A stretch of 64,000 bases of DNA from an uncultured Actinomycetes bacterium. Lineage in GTDB: Bacteria; Actinomycetota; Thermoleophilia; Gaiellales; JAICJC01. The stretch is from assembly GCA_963727235.1 (NCBI GenBank), contig CAVSFZ010000023.1, positions 248-64,247 on the forward strand. Direction: 5' to 3'. Under the pieces are notes generated by a model. That model did not search any database. It was not told the DNA's origin and saw nothing but the letters and a program-made list of their open reading frames with translations. Made by a program: the position numbers and the translations under genes. The first letter of the stretch is position 1. Each line of letters starts with the position of its first letter. Shown here piece by piece: positions 9,882 through 21,456 of the stretch.

Positions 9882-9926
9882 CGCATGGAGGGGGCGGTAG
9901 CGGGGGCGCACGGCCCCCTCCATGCG
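9882..9926 (+). terminator. hairpin after the vWA gene (13 bp perfect stem, 19 nt loop)
   Basis: CGCATGGAGGGGG ... CCCCCTCCATGCG begins 7 nt after the TGA at 9873-9875. No U-tract. Confidence 0.4.
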
Positions 9927-10149
9927 GAAGAAGTTGGGTGATCCTTCCAGGCTTTACGGTTTGTTCACGAACTGATGCCTGGGTGCTTACACCTTCTGCC
10001 GATGACTACTGCGCCCCATCATCGACACCCTGATCCGATCCCACGGGGCCACCGGCCACACCTCCCGGCCGGGCCACACCTCCCCCACCCGCCCGGCGCT
10101 CAATGCCGACTCTGAGCGCCGGGAGTGGGGAGCGTGTAGCGTCTGAAGG

Positions 10150-10908
10150 ATGGTCGAACGAGACTTCGGCGGGACGGGCACGCCGGTGGCCTTGCTGCAC
10201 GGCCTGGCAGGTTATGCCGGCGAGTGGACAGAGACCGCTTCTTGGCTCACCGAGAACCACCACGTGCTGGCGTTGGAGCAACGCGGCCACGGGCGAGACG
10301 GCCTGACCGGCACCGATGTCTCGCGGGCGGCATTCGTTGCCGACGCAGAGCGGTGGCTGGAGCGCGTCGGCCCGGCCGTGGTGGTGGGGCAATCGCTGGG
10401 CGGGCACACCGCCTTGCTCGTGGCCGCCGAGCGACCCGATCTCGTACGTGCACTGGTGATCGCGGAGGCGACACCGGCGGCCGATCCCGAAGCACCTGAA
10501 ATCGTCCGCGGCTGGCTCGAGTCGTGGCCGGTGCCCTTTCCCGATCGGGAGCACGCGCAGCGGTTCTTCGGAGGCGATACAACGCGGTCGCAGGCATGGG
10601 CCGGCGGCCTGGAACAGCGCGACGACGGACTTTGGCCGGCGTTCGACATCGACCTGATGGTGGCCGCCCTGGAAGAGGTCAGCCGAACGTCGTACTGGGA
10701 TGCGTGGGCGGCTGTTCGCTGCCCGATCTTGATCGTAAGAGCAGCCGCCGGAGACGGGTGGGCCGACTACCAACGGATGGTCGAGTTGCAGCCCGACGCG
10801 CAGCTGGTCGAGATCGCCGACGCCGGGCACGACGTCCATCTCGACCAGCCACAACGTTGGCGGGAAGCGCTCGAGCGCTTCCTCACGGAGATCCCGCTAG
10901 ACCGCTGA
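10150..10908 (+). CDS. alpha/beta-fold hydrolase
   Basis: PVALLHGLAGYAGEW, HHVLALEQRGHG, nucleophile elbow GQSLGGH, and C-terminal IADAGHDVHLDQP. Confidence 0.8.
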   Translation: MVERDFGGTGTPVALLHGLAGYAGEWTETASWLTENHHVLALEQRGHGRDGLTGTDVSRAAFVADAERWLERVGPAVVVGQSLGGHTALLVAAERPDLVRALVIAEATPAADPEAPEIVRGWLESWPVPFPDREHAQRFFGGDTTRSQAWAGGLEQRDDGLWPAFDIDLMVAALEEVSRTSYWDAWAAVRCPILIVRAAAGDGWADYQRMVELQPDAQLVEIADAGHDVHLDQPQRWREALERFLTEIPLDR

Positions 10909-11637
10909 CGCAACCGTCGGCTGTACCGAAGGCTGGGTGCCGCCCTGGTTCTCGCCACCACCGTTGCCCATCGGCGGACCGCCCCACGCGTGGTGGAACT
11001 CGAACCCGTGGGTGATCAGCTGGTCGATCCGCTGTGACAGGAACTTCTCGATCTTGGCGGCCTGGGTCTTGGTGATCCGGCCAGACTTGACCGCGTCGTT
11101 GAGCGGCTTTTTTGCCGACTGCAGCAGCTCCTGCTCCAGGCCGGCGACGGTCTTGCCGTGCGCCTTGGCGATGGCAGCCGGGGTCTTGCCGCTGCGAAGC
11201 TCCTTGAGGAGCTGCTGATCGGTGATGCCCAGGTAGGTGGCTGCGGTGTGCAGCCAGACCATCGGCCCGCCGTGCCGCGGACCGCCGGGGCCGGCGAACA
11301 TGTGGTGGCGCGGCCCGCCGAACCCGGGGCCACCCATGCCGAAACCGGGGCCACCCATGCCGAACCCGGGGCCGTCGTGGTCCTTCAGGTGCTGCTTGAT
11401 GCGCTCCGCCTGTGCCTTGGTCAGCTTGCCGTCCTTGACCAGCTGGTCGAGGCGGTCGGCCATCGCGCCCTGATACGCCGAGCGCACCTTGGCCGGCGAG
11501 ACGCCCAACCGCCGCGCGAAGTCGTTGAGAAGCGACGGGGACGAGCCCGCGCCTGCTCCCAGGGCCGTACCGGCGATGCCCACCACACCGACCGCGATGG
11601 CACCGATGATCGCTATCCGCTTCCTGTGTGCACCCAC
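10897..11637 (-). CDS. membrane-anchored protein with a duplicated helical module and a (GPGFGMG)n tract; unknown function
   Basis: AAGGAG lies 7 nt before GTG 11637. N-terminal anchor RKRIAIIGAIAVGVVGIAGTALGAGAG. Two similar modules, DGKLTKAQAERIKQHL and SGRITKTQAAKIEKFL. Central GPGFGMGGPGFGMGGPGFGGP. Confidence 0.6.
   Translation of the reverse strand: MGAHRKRIAIIGAIAVGVVGIAGTALGAGAGSSPSLLNDFARRLGVSPAKVRSAYQGAMADRLDQLVKDGKLTKAQAERIKQHLKDHDGPGFGMGGPGFGMGGPGFGGPRHHMFAGPGGPRHGGPMVWLHTAATYLGITDQQLLKELRSGKTPAAIAKAHGKTVAGLEQELLQSAKKPLNDAVKSGRITKTQAAKIEKFLSQRIDQLITHGFEFHHAWGGPPMGNGGGENQGGTQPSVQPTVASAV
11317..11373. repeat. 21-bp tandem repeat, about 2.7 copies, inside the CDS
   Basis: GCCGAACCCGGGGCCACCCAT / GCCGAAACCGGGGCCACCCAT / GCCGAACCCGGGGCC. 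On the minus strand it encodes GPGFGMG repeats. Confidence 0.9.
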
Positions 11638-11730
11638 GTCAAGCTCCTTTGGCAAACCGAGTCTTCTCCTCGGAATATGCGCGTGCAGAAGCCGACCCGC
11701 AAGCGAATTAGCGTGATTCTGGGGAAACTC

Positions 11731-12357
11731 TCAGGAAGCGACAGCCGCCCGCAGCGACTCGACGACCTGGTCGCTGGTCATCGGCTGCGAGAACATCGGG
11801 TAGTCGCGAGCGGTGGCAACCCGCTGTTCCTCGTCACTTGTGGCCGCCGTGCAGTCGGTCAGCGTGACCACGTCGTAGCCCTTCTCATAGGCGGTGCGCA
11901 TGGTCGACTCGACACAGCAGTTTGTCAGGAACCCCGCCAGGATGACCGTCTCCACCTCACGGCTTCGCAGCACGAAATCGAGGTTGGTGGAGGCGAATGT
12001 ATCCAGCCCCCGCTTGCCCTCGATCACGATGTCGTCCTCCTCCGGGGCGAGCTGATCACAGATCTCGGCGCCCCACGTTCCCTTGACGAACGCACCAGAG
12101 TCGATCACGCCCTTGAGAATCCCGTACACCTTGTCGGGGTCACCGAGCTCGCCGTAGCCGGGTGCGAACGTGATCGGTGCGTGCAGCACCGTCACCCCGG
12201 CAGCGCGAGCCTCGGCAACCACCTTGCGGGTGTTCTCAATCATCTGACTGTCGTCCATCACGCCTTTGACGGCGTCGTGCAGAGCACCGCCCTCCGAGGT
12301 GAAGTCGTTCTGATACTCGATCAGCACCACAGCGGTCTTGTCGGGATCGATCTCCAT
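11731..12357 (-). CDS. isochorismatase-family cysteine hydrolase
   Basis: TAVVLIEYQNDF, KRGLDTFASTNLDFVLRSREVETVILAGFLTNCCVESTMRTAYEKGYDV (catalytic Cys context). ATG 12357 overlaps the upstream stop in a TGATG junction. Confidence 0.85.
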   Translation of the reverse strand: MEIDPDKTAVVLIEYQNDFTSEGGALHDAVKGVMDDSQMIENTRKVVAEARAAGVTVLHAPITFAPGYGELGDPDKVYGILKGVIDSGAFVKGTWGAEICDQLAPEEDDIVIEGKRGLDTFASTNLDFVLRSREVETVILAGFLTNCCVESTMRTAYEKGYDVVTLTDCTAATSDEEQRVATARDYPMFSQPMTSDQVVESLRAAVAS

Positions 12358-12638
12358 CACGCACCTCCTGAAGGGTCGGGAACACCGGCCTCGGCCTTCT
12401 CCCGAAGTCGCATCCGGGCGTCCCCGATCTGCTCCCGCATGGCGTCGATGGCGGGATCCTTCGGGGGCGGTGGAACAACGACCTCGGTGACATCATCGAT
12501 CTCTTCGACGGTCACGGCCGCAACCGTGCTCACAGTACTGTCGTCGTCGCGGTGGCGGCGGGAGCGCACCGCGGCTCCGGCAGCAACAGCGCCGGCGGCG
12601 GACGCCACTCCGGCAACGAACCATCCAATCCGCTTCAT
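12357..12638 (-). CDS. small membrane-anchored protein, unknown function
   Basis: GGAGG lies before ATG 12638. MKRIGWFVAGVASAAGAVAAGAAV is followed by an acidic, proline-containing tail. Translationally coupled to the isochorismatase-family gene. Confidence 0.5.
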   Translation of the reverse strand: MKRIGWFVAGVASAAGAVAAGAAVRSRRHRDDDSTVSTVAAVTVEEIDDVTEVVVPPPPKDPAIDAMREQIGDARMRLREKAEAGVPDPSGGA

Positions 12639-12785
12639 GTGCACCTCCGTGTGGGAGACCGCCGAGTATACTGCCGTCTCCAATCGAGCAGCTTCCTGTC
12701 TCGGCGTGGTGCCGCACTCCTGATCGTGGCACCGAAGTGGCGGTTCCCCGCCAAGCACGCCGAGGCCGCTTTCAGTCCAGAGGAG

Positions 12786-13130
12786 GTGATCAGGATCAAC
12801 CAATACGAGATCATGCTGATGATCGACCCGGAGGTCGCTGAAGGGCGGCAGACCGAGATCATCGATCGAGTCAAGGCCGACATCACCGAGCGTGGTGGCA
12901 CCTGGGTGTCCATCGACCCCTGGGGCAAGCGCAAGCTGGCCTACGAAATCGACCACCAGACCGACGCGTGGTACTACGTGCTCAACTTCGACAGCAGCCC
13001 CGAGGCGCTGGACGAAGCCACACGAGTGCTCGCCATCACCGACGGCGTTATGCGCCATATGGCCGTGACCCGCATCCAACCGAGCGGACAGCCGGCCTCG
13101 TCGCCGGAGCCCGCCGAACTCGCCGGCTGA
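12786..13130 (+). CDS. rpsF: 30S ribosomal protein S6
   Basis: INQYEIMLMIDPEVAEGRQTEIIDRVKADITERGGTWVSIDPWGKRKLAYEI. The start is uncertain (GTG 12786, right after GAGGAG). Confidence 0.85.
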   Translation: MIRINQYEIMLMIDPEVAEGRQTEIIDRVKADITERGGTWVSIDPWGKRKLAYEIDHQTDAWYYVLNFDSSPEALDEATRVLAITDGVMRHMAVTRIQPSGQPASSPEPAELAG

Positions 13131-13197
13131 CAGCCGACGGCGTGCCTACCATGATCGAACGCACGTTCGCAAAAGCACGCTAGAGGAGGTATTCCCA

Positions 13198-13653
13198 ATG
13201 GCAAACATCAATCGCGTCATCCTCACCGGAAATCTGACTGCAGACCCAGAACTGTCCACGCTTCCCAGCGGCACCTCGGTGTGCAAGCTGCGCCTGGCCG
13301 TGAATCGCCGTTACAAGGACAGCGCCAGCGGTGAATGGGTCGAGAAGCCCAACTACTTCGACATCAAGGTCTGGGGAGCGCAGGGCGAGAACTGCGCCAC
13401 CTACCTGAGCAAAGGCCGCCCCGTGGCGGTCGACGGACGGCTGGAGTGGCGCGAGTGGGAGTCCCAGGACGGCGGCAAGCGGTCGGCCGTCGAGGTGGTC
13501 GCCGACACCGTGCAGTTCCTCGGCTCACGCGGCGACGGTGACGGCGGCGGCGGCGGACAGGCCCGCCCCAGCTTCACCCAGACTGCCGAGCTCAAGCCCG
13601 AGCCGGTCGAGACGTTCGCAGGCTCAGGCTCAGACGACGACATCCCGTTTTAG
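13198..13653 (+). CDS. ssb: single-stranded DNA-binding protein
   Basis: MANINRVILTGNLTADPELSTLPSGTSVCKLRLAVNRRY, a glycine-rich linker, and the acidic tail DDDIPF. Confidence 0.95.
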   Translation: MANINRVILTGNLTADPELSTLPSGTSVCKLRLAVNRRYKDSASGEWVEKPNYFDIKVWGAQGENCATYLSKGRPVAVDGRLEWREWESQDGGKRSAVEVVADTVQFLGSRGDGDGGGGGQARPSFTQTAELKPEPVETFAGSGSDDDIPF

Positions 13654-13664
13654 GAAGGTAACGA

Positions 13665-13931
13665 ATGGCATCCAAGCCCAAACGCCGCACAGCGCCCAAG
13701 CGTGGCGCCGGCACCGGCCCCCAGACTCGCCGAAAGCCCTGCTACTTCTGCAAGGACAAGGTCGAGGAGATCGACTACAAGAACTTCAATCAGCTGCGGC
13801 GCTACACGTCCGAGAAGGGCAAGATCCGGTCCCGCCGGATCTCCGGGGCGTGCCGCCGGCATCAACGCCAGGTGGCGACGGCGGTGAAGCGGGCGCGTGA
13901 GATGGCGCTGCTGCCGTACGCCGTCAACTAA
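13665..13931 (+). CDS. rpsR: 30S ribosomal protein S18
   Basis: [62 protein letters not shown]. Confidence 0.95.
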   Translation: MASKPKRRTAPKRGAGTGPQTRRKPCYFCKDKVEEIDYKNFNQLRRYTSEKGKIRSRRISGACRRHQRQVATAVKRAREMALLPYAVN

Positions 13932-14049
13932 CCCTCGGCAGAGCACCGTTTCTCGCTCGCTGCGGGTGTTTCGGAAGCGCGGGGGTGGCCAACGCCGCCC
14001 CGGCATGCGACCATCGACGCGGCCACGCCGCCTGAACATCGAGGATGGG

Positions 14050-14574
14050 ATGACACAGAGAGGTACACAGGCGATCCTGTTGCAGGACGTCGAGAAGTTG
14101 GGACGCAAGGGCGACGTCGTCCAGGTGGCCCCCGGCTACTTCCGCAACTACCTCGGCCCGCGCCGTCTGGCCGAAGCCGCCAGCGACGCTCGGGTGGCCG
14201 AGGCGCAGCACCAGGAAGAGATGCGCCGGCGGCACGAGGCGCAGTCCGAAGAGCAGGCCCACGATGTGGCCCACACGCTCAACCGCACCGTGCTCACGAT
14301 CAAGGAGCGGGCCGGAGTCGGCGACAAGCTGTACGGCTCGGTGACCAACTCCGACGTGGCCGACGCGATCTGGAAGGCCCGCAAGATCCGGGTCGACCGC
14401 CGCAAGGTGCACATGGAAGAGCCGATCAAGACGCTCGGCAGCCACCTCGTCAGCGTCACCGTGTGGGGTGAGGTCAAGGCCACCATCAAGGTCATGGTCG
14501 TGCCCGGCGCCGCCGGCGAAGAGGGTTCTGTCGAGGCCTTCGAGGGCGAGCCCTCCGAGCCGCTCGACTACTAG
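14050..14574 (+). CDS. rplI: 50S ribosomal protein L9
   Basis: MTQRGTQAILLQDVEKLGRKGDVVQVAPGYFRNYLGPRRLA. In frame within ORF 13897..14574. Confidence 0.9.
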   Translation: MTQRGTQAILLQDVEKLGRKGDVVQVAPGYFRNYLGPRRLAEAASDARVAEAQHQEEMRRRHEAQSEEQAHDVAHTLNRTVLTIKERAGVGDKLYGSVTNSDVADAIWKARKIRVDRRKVHMEEPIKTLGSHLVSVTVWGEVKATIKVMVVPGAAGEEGSVEAFEGEPSEPLDY

Positions 14575-14593
14575 ACGACAAAGGCGAAACTCG

Positions 14594-15939
14594 ATGGCAG
14601 TCGCTCCCCAGCAGGTACCCAATCTCCCGCCCCAGGACCTGGACGCGGAAGAGTCGGTGCTGGGAGCGATGCTGGTTTCGCCCACCGCGGTGGCCGTCGT
14701 TTCGGAGCTGCTCCAGCCCGAGGACTTCTACCGCGGATCCCACGCCCACATCTACCGCACCATCCTGGACATGTACGGCGGGGGCGAGACGATCGACTCG
14801 ATCACGCTCACCAATGCCCTGGGCAGCCGCGGGCTGCTCGACCAGGTCGGCGGCAAAGCGGTGGTGCACACGCTGGCCGCGACGGTACCGGCGGCCGCCA
14901 ACGCGCGCCACTACGCCCAGATCGTCCGCGACGCCGCCACCTACCGCTCGCTGATCAGAGCCGGCACCGAGATCGCGACGCTCGGCTACGAGCATCTGGG
15001 CGAGCCCGGGGAGGTCGTGGACAAGGCCGAGCAGATCGTGTTCGGCATCGCCGATCAGCGCATCAGCGGAGACTTCGCCGCGATCAAGACGCTCCTGAAC
15101 GAGTCGTTCGAGCGGCTCGCGGCACTGGCCGAGTCGGGCAGCGACCTGACCGGCGTGCCCTCGGGTCTGCGCGACCTCGACCGCATCACCGCCGGCTTCC
15201 AGGACTCCAACCTGGTGGTGATGGCCGCCCGCCCGGGCATGGGCAAGACCTCGCTGGCACTCAACATCGCCGCCCACCTGGGCGTGCGCGAAAACGTTCC
15301 GGTGGCGATCTTCTCGCTGGAGATGTCGCAGGAGGAGGTGACCCAGCGGCTGATGTGCGCCGAGGCCCGGGTCGACTCCAAGCGGCTGCGCACCGGCTCG
15401 CTGGACGACGCCGACTGGGCCAAGCTGACCAACGCCTGCGACAAGCTCTCCCGGGCGCCGATCTACATCGACGATACGGCCGGCGTGACGCCGATCGAGA
15501 TCAAGGCCAAGACCCGCCGGCTGCAGTCGCGGCTCAAGGAAGAGGGCGGCCTGGGGTTGGTGGTCGTCGACTACCTGCAGCTGATGGGCGGGCAGGCGCG
15601 AGTCGAGAACCGGGTGCAGGAGATCTCGCAGATCTCACGTTCGCTGAAGCTGATCGCCCGCGACCTGAACGTGCCGGTGATCGCCATCTCGCAGCTCTCG
15701 CGAGCGGTCGAGGCTCGATCGGACAAGCGTCCCCAGCTGTCCGACCTGCGCGAGTCCGGCTCGATCGAGCAGGACGCCGACCTGGTCATGTTCGTCTACC
15801 GCGACGACTACTACAACAAGGACTCCGAGGATATGGGAACTGCCGAGCTGATCGTCGCCAAGCACCGCAACGGGCCGCTGGACACGGTGCGCCTGTCCTA
15901 CGTCGGCCGCTACACCCGATTCGACAACCTGGGCCGATC

Positions 15940-15943
<4 letters not shown>
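14594..15943 (+). CDS. dnaB: replicative DNA helicase DnaB
   Basis: PPQDLDAEESVLGAMLVS, Walker A ARPGMGKTSLALN, LVVVDYLQLM, and VIAISQLSRAVEARSDKRPQLSDLRESGSIEQDADLV. Confidence 0.95.
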
Positions 15944-17238
<1,295 letters not shown>

Positions 17239-17244
17239 CTGTCG

Positions 17245-19671
17245 TCAGCTTCGGATCCGCTCCCCCTTGGGGTCGTAGAGCGGCTCGGCGGCCACCTCCG
17301 CCGGCACCCACTCGCCGAACACCTCGATGTCGACGGCGGTGCCGACTTCGGCATGCGCGGTCGGCAGGTACGCGAGCGCAATCGAGCGCCCGACCGCGTA
17401 GCCGAGGCCGCCGGTGGTGACCCGGCCGACGACCTCGCCGCCCACCCGCACCGGCTCTGATCCGAGCGTGACAGCCCGCGGGTCGGACAGCACCAGGCAG
17501 GCCAAGCGCCGCTCGAGCCCGCGCTCACGGGCAGCCATCACCGCGTCTCGGCCGATGAAGCCGCCGGGCTTGTCGATCTTGACGGCAAACCCCAGCCCGG
17601 CCTCGTCGGGCCCGTCCTCCGGGGTGATGTCCGAGCCCCACACGCGGTAGCCCTTCTCGATCCGAAGCGCATCGATGGCGCGGTACCCGCACGCCGCCAG
17701 GCCGTGGTCGGCTCCGGCCTGCCACAGCAGATCCCACAACCCGGCGCCGTACTCGGCCGGGCAGTACAGCTCCCAGCCGAGCTCGCCCACATATGTCACC
17801 CGAGCGGCCACCGCGGGCACGTCGCCGATCGAGAGCTCGCGCGCGGTCATATACCGAAAGCCCTCGTGCGAGAGGTCGGCCTTGGTCAGCGGCTGGAGGA
17901 TGTCGCGTGCCCGCGGGCCCCACAGGCAGAAGCAGGCGTAGGCGGAGCTGACATCGTTCAGCACCACCGAGCCGTCGGCGGGCAGATGCTTTCGCAGCCA
18001 ACCCATGTCGTGGTTTCCGAAGGCGGTGCCGGTGACGATCCTGAAGCGCGATTCGCCCAGGCGGGTGACGGTGAAATCGGACTCGATCCCGCCGGTCTGG
18101 TTCAGCATCTGGGTGTACACGAGCGTTCCCACCGGCCGGTCGATGTCGTTGGCGCACAGCCGCTGGAGGAAGCCGAGTGCGCCCTGCCCCTGCACCTCGA
18201 TCTTGGCGAACGAGCTCTGGTCGAACAGTCCGGCCCGCTCGCGGGTGGCCATCGCCTCGGCGGCGATCGCCGGCGACCAGTTCTCTCCAGCCCAGCCGCG
18301 CGGGCGCAGACTCTCATCCCCGGAGGCTGCGTTGGGATCGAACCAGTTGGCCCGCTCCCATCCTGACTTCTCGCCGAAGCTCGCCCCCAGCGCCTGCAGC
18401 CGGGTGTACGCCGGGGACAGCCGCAGCGGCCGTCCCGCCTTTCGCTCGTAGTTGGGATACTTGATGTCGTAGTAGGTGGCGTACACCTCGGTGGCACGGG
18501 CCAGGGTGTAGCGCTGGCTGCGGTACTGGCCGCCGAAGCGGCGGATGTCCATGTGCCACAGGTCGAGGCTGGGCTCACCCTCGGTGATCCACTCGCCCAT
18601 CATCCAGCCGATGCCGCCGGCGCCCGCAAGGCCGTGCGCGCAGAAGCCGGCGGCCACCCAGAATCCCGGCACCTCGGACTCACCCAGGATGAACTCGCCG
18701 TCGGGGGTGAACGCCTCGGGGCCGTTGTAGAGCTTCTTGACCTCTGCCGACTCCATCGCCGGCACCCGCGTGATCGAGTTCTGGAGGATCTCGTCGAACC
18801 GATCCCAATCCTCCGGCAGAAGCTCTGCCTCGAAACCGTCGGGGACGCCGTCGAGCGCCCACGGATCGGGGTTTCGCTCATACCCGCCCATGATCAGCCC
18901 ACCGACCTCGGTGCGGTAGTAGATCAGGTTGTCGGGGTCGCGCAGGGTGGGCAGCGGAGCGAGCGCCGGGCTGAACGTCTCGGTCACCAAAAACTCGTGG
19001 GCATACGGGATGATCGGGACGTTGACGCCCACCAGCCGTGCGATCTGCGGGGCGTACATGCCGCCCGCGCACACGACCACGTCGGTGCGGATCGTGCCCT
19101 TGTCGGTCACCACCTCGTGCACCCGCCCGTTCTTGAGCGTGATGTCGAGCACCTTGGTGCGCTGCTCGATCTCGGCACCGCGCAGGCGGGCGCCGTCGGC
19201 CAGCGCGAACGTCAGCTGGCTGGGATCGAGGTAGCCGTCGTGAGGCAGGAACGCCGCCGCCAGCACGCCGTCGGTCGACATCAGCGGAAACATCTCCTGG
19301 GCTTCCTGGGCCGACACGATCTCGATCGGCAACCCGAAGCTCTTGGCCCAGCCGGCCTGACGCTGGATCTCCTCGTAGCGGGCCTGCGACGAGGCCAGCC
19401 GAAGACCGCCCAGCTCGTGCCAGCCGGGGTCCTTGCCGGTCTCCTTGGCCAGCTCTGCGTAGAGGCCGACCGAGTACTGCATCATCTTGGTCAGGCTGAC
19501 GGTCGATCGCAGCTGGCCGACGAGGCCGGCGGAGTGCCAGGTCGAGCCGTGAGTGAGGCCGTACTGCTCCACCAGCACCACGTCGTCCCAACCCATTTTG
19601 GCCAGGTGGTACAGGATGCTGCATCCACCGACACCGCCACCGATGACGACTGCTCGTGCCTCACTCCGCAT
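17245..19671 (-). CDS. FAD-dependent oxidoreductase fused to a GcvT-type aminomethyltransferase domain (dimethylglycine/sarcosine dehydrogenase family)
   Basis: 808 aa. N-terminal AVVIGGGVGGCSILYHLAKMG dinucleotide-binding fold. The C-terminal half has GcvT-like blocks (FAKIEVQG, YVGELGWELY, RIEKGYRVWG). Confidence 0.85.
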   Translation of the reverse strand: MRSEARAVVIGGGVGGCSILYHLAKMGWDDVVLVEQYGLTHGSTWHSAGLVGQLRSTVSLTKMMQYSVGLYAELAKETGKDPGWHELGGLRLASSQARYEEIQRQAGWAKSFGLPIEIVSAQEAQEMFPLMSTDGVLAAAFLPHDGYLDPSQLTFALADGARLRGAEIEQRTKVLDITLKNGRVHEVVTDKGTIRTDVVVCAGGMYAPQIARLVGVNVPIIPYAHEFLVTETFSPALAPLPTLRDPDNLIYYRTEVGGLIMGGYERNPDPWALDGVPDGFEAELLPEDWDRFDEILQNSITRVPAMESAEVKKLYNGPEAFTPDGEFILGESEVPGFWVAAGFCAHGLAGAGGIGWMMGEWITEGEPSLDLWHMDIRRFGGQYRSQRYTLARATEVYATYYDIKYPNYERKAGRPLRLSPAYTRLQALGASFGEKSGWERANWFDPNAASGDESLRPRGWAGENWSPAIAAEAMATRERAGLFDQSSFAKIEVQGQGALGFLQRLCANDIDRPVGTLVYTQMLNQTGGIESDFTVTRLGESRFRIVTGTAFGNHDMGWLRKHLPADGSVVLNDVSSAYACFCLWGPRARDILQPLTKADLSHEGFRYMTARELSIGDVPAVAARVTYVGELGWELYCPAEYGAGLWDLLWQAGADHGLAACGYRAIDALRIEKGYRVWGSDITPEDGPDEAGLGFAVKIDKPGGFIGRDAVMAARERGLERRLACLVLSDPRAVTLGSEPVRVGGEVVGRVTTGGLGYAVGRSIALAYLPTAHAEVGTAVDIEVFGEWVPAEVAAEPLYDPKGERIRS

Positions 19672-20356
19672 GCTCGTTCCACCCTTCGACCAGTGGTATA
19701 GACCAGTTCAGAGTTGACACTACCGCATCGGCCTGGTCGAGGTGCTCGGAGGCCATTGTGCCCTCCACCACCACGCAGCGCATTCCTGCCGCATGGGCCG
19801 ACTCCAGTCCCATGATCGAATCCTCGAAAACGAGCACATCGGCGGCGGGGATCGGCTCGCGCAGGCCGGCGTTGACAAGCTCGAGCGCGCGCCGGTAGCC
19901 CTCGGGGTCGGGCTTCCCGCGTTTCACGTCCTCGGCCGCCACGATCACGTCGAACAGCTCCCGCAGATCGCTTGCCACCAGCACGGCGGCGATCTCGTCG
20001 CCGGCCGCGCCCGAGGCGATCGCCACCGGCACCCGGGCCGCCACCTCGCGCACGAACCGGGCCGCCTCGGGACGAACCGGCGACCGCACCGCGATCTCCT
20101 CGAGGTAGAGCTCGGCGCGGCGATCGATCAGGCGCTGGTCGAGGCCGTCCCCGTCCAACTGGAAGCGCGTCAGCATGCGTTCGACGATCTCGGGGTCGCT
20201 ATAGCCCGCGAAGTCCGCGAAGTAGAGCTCCTCCGAGACCTCGATTCCGATCTCCGAAAACATCCGCACGAAGATCCGCGCCAGGAGCGGCTCGTCGTCG
20301 GAGATCGTGCCGTTGAAGTCGAACAGCACCACTCGCGGAGGTGTCAGTAGCGCCAC
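19661..20356 (-). CDS. HAD-superfamily hydrolase (subfamily IA-like)
   Basis: VVLFDFNGTISDDEP (DxD-type motif I region), KRGKPDPEGY, and VFEDSIMGLESAHAAGM. Its stop overlaps the start of the downstream oxidoreductase by 11 nt. The start is uncertain (GTG 20356 or 20395). Confidence 0.75.
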   Translation of the reverse strand: MALLTPPRVVLFDFNGTISDDEPLLARIFVRMFSEIGIEVSEELYFADFAGYSDPEIVERMLTRFQLDGDGLDQRLIDRRAELYLEEIAVRSPVRPEAARFVREVAARVPVAIASGAAGDEIAAVLVASDLRELFDVIVAAEDVKRGKPDPEGYRRALELVNAGLREPIPAADVLVFEDSIMGLESAHAAGMRCVVVEGTMASEHLDQADAVVSTLNWSIPLVEGWNEHAE

Positions 20357-21456
20357 ACGATCTACGATACGGCATCGACACCGCGACGCTCGCAACCCAC
20401 CGCACCGACCGCTGGCTGGTGCTCCAAAGCGACGCTCCGGATCCCTTCGGGAGGCTGGAGACGTTCCTGGCCGACTCCGGATTCGCGGTCACGCCCGGCG
20501 CATCGGCCGACGCCGGCACCATGGTCGCCGACCTCTATCTGGGCTACGGGCTGGCCGCCACGCTCGCAGGCGTGACCACCGACCAGCCGTCTGAGCCCTG
20601 CCGACTCCCCGGGCTTGCCTGCCACATCCATGCGCGCTCGCATCAGCCGGAACCGGGGGTGGCGTCGGTGGGGAAGTTCCAGCCGACCTGGTCGCCGGCT
20701 CAGTACCGCTCGGCGATCGAGGCCGCCCAGGCCGCCATCGGCCGCGGCGACGTCTACCAGGTCAACCTCGTGCAGCACATGAAGGCGCCGTTCTCGGGCG
20801 ATCCGCGGGGAGTGTTGCCGCTGCTCGCCCCGGTAGCAGGGGCGTGGGCGATGGACATGCATGGGGACGGCTGGTCGGTCGTGTCGGCTTCGCCGGAGCT
20901 GTTTCTGCGCACGCAGGGCCGGTGGGTCGAGACGATGCCGATCAAGGGAACGCGCCCGGCCGAGGGCGGCGGCGCGATCGCCGACAGCGCCAAGGATCGC
21001 GCCGAGCACATCATGATCGTCGACCTCGAGCGCAACGACCTGGGCCGGGTGTGTGAACCGGGCAGCGTGCACGTGCCGTCGCTGATGACCGAGTCGCCGA
21101 TGGCGGGGGTGCGCCATCTCATCTCGACGGTGGCGGGCACGCTGCGACCGGAGGTCGGCCTGGCCGAGCTGCTGCGGGCGACGTTCCCCGGCGGTTCGGT
21201 GACCGGTGCACCCAAGATCTCGGCGATCAATCACATCGCCCGGCTGGAGCCGGTCGGCCGGGGAGCGTCGATGGCGGCGCTGGGGACGGTGTCCCCGAAC
21301 GGCGATCTCGACCTGGGCCTGACGATCCGCACGTTCGCGATCGCCGGCTCCGAGATTCACCTGTGGGTGGGCGGCGGGATCGTGTGGGACTCCGATTCCG
21401 AGGCCGAGGTCGAGGAGTCGCTGGTCAAGGCACGACCGCTGCTAGCGCTGCTCTAG
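20341..21456 (+). CDS. pabB: chorismate-binding enzyme, aminodeoxychorismate synthase component I-like
   Basis: GDVYQVNLVQ, SASPELFLR, MPIKGTRP, DRAEHIMIVDLERNDLGRVC, TFPGGSVTGAPK, and GGGIVWDSDSEAEVEES. The start is uncertain. Confidence 0.8.
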   Translation: MSVAPHDLRYGIDTATLATHRTDRWLVLQSDAPDPFGRLETFLADSGFAVTPGASADAGTMVADLYLGYGLAATLAGVTTDQPSEPCRLPGLACHIHARSHQPEPGVASVGKFQPTWSPAQYRSAIEAAQAAIGRGDVYQVNLVQHMKAPFSGDPRGVLPLLAPVAGAWAMDMHGDGWSVVSASPELFLRTQGRWVETMPIKGTRPAEGGGAIADSAKDRAEHIMIVDLERNDLGRVCEPGSVHVPSLMTESPMAGVRHLISTVAGTLRPEVGLAELLRATFPGGSVTGAPKISAINHIARLEPVGRGASMAALGTVSPNGDLDLGLTIRTFAIAGSEIHLWVGGGIVWDSDSEAEVEESLVKARPLLALL

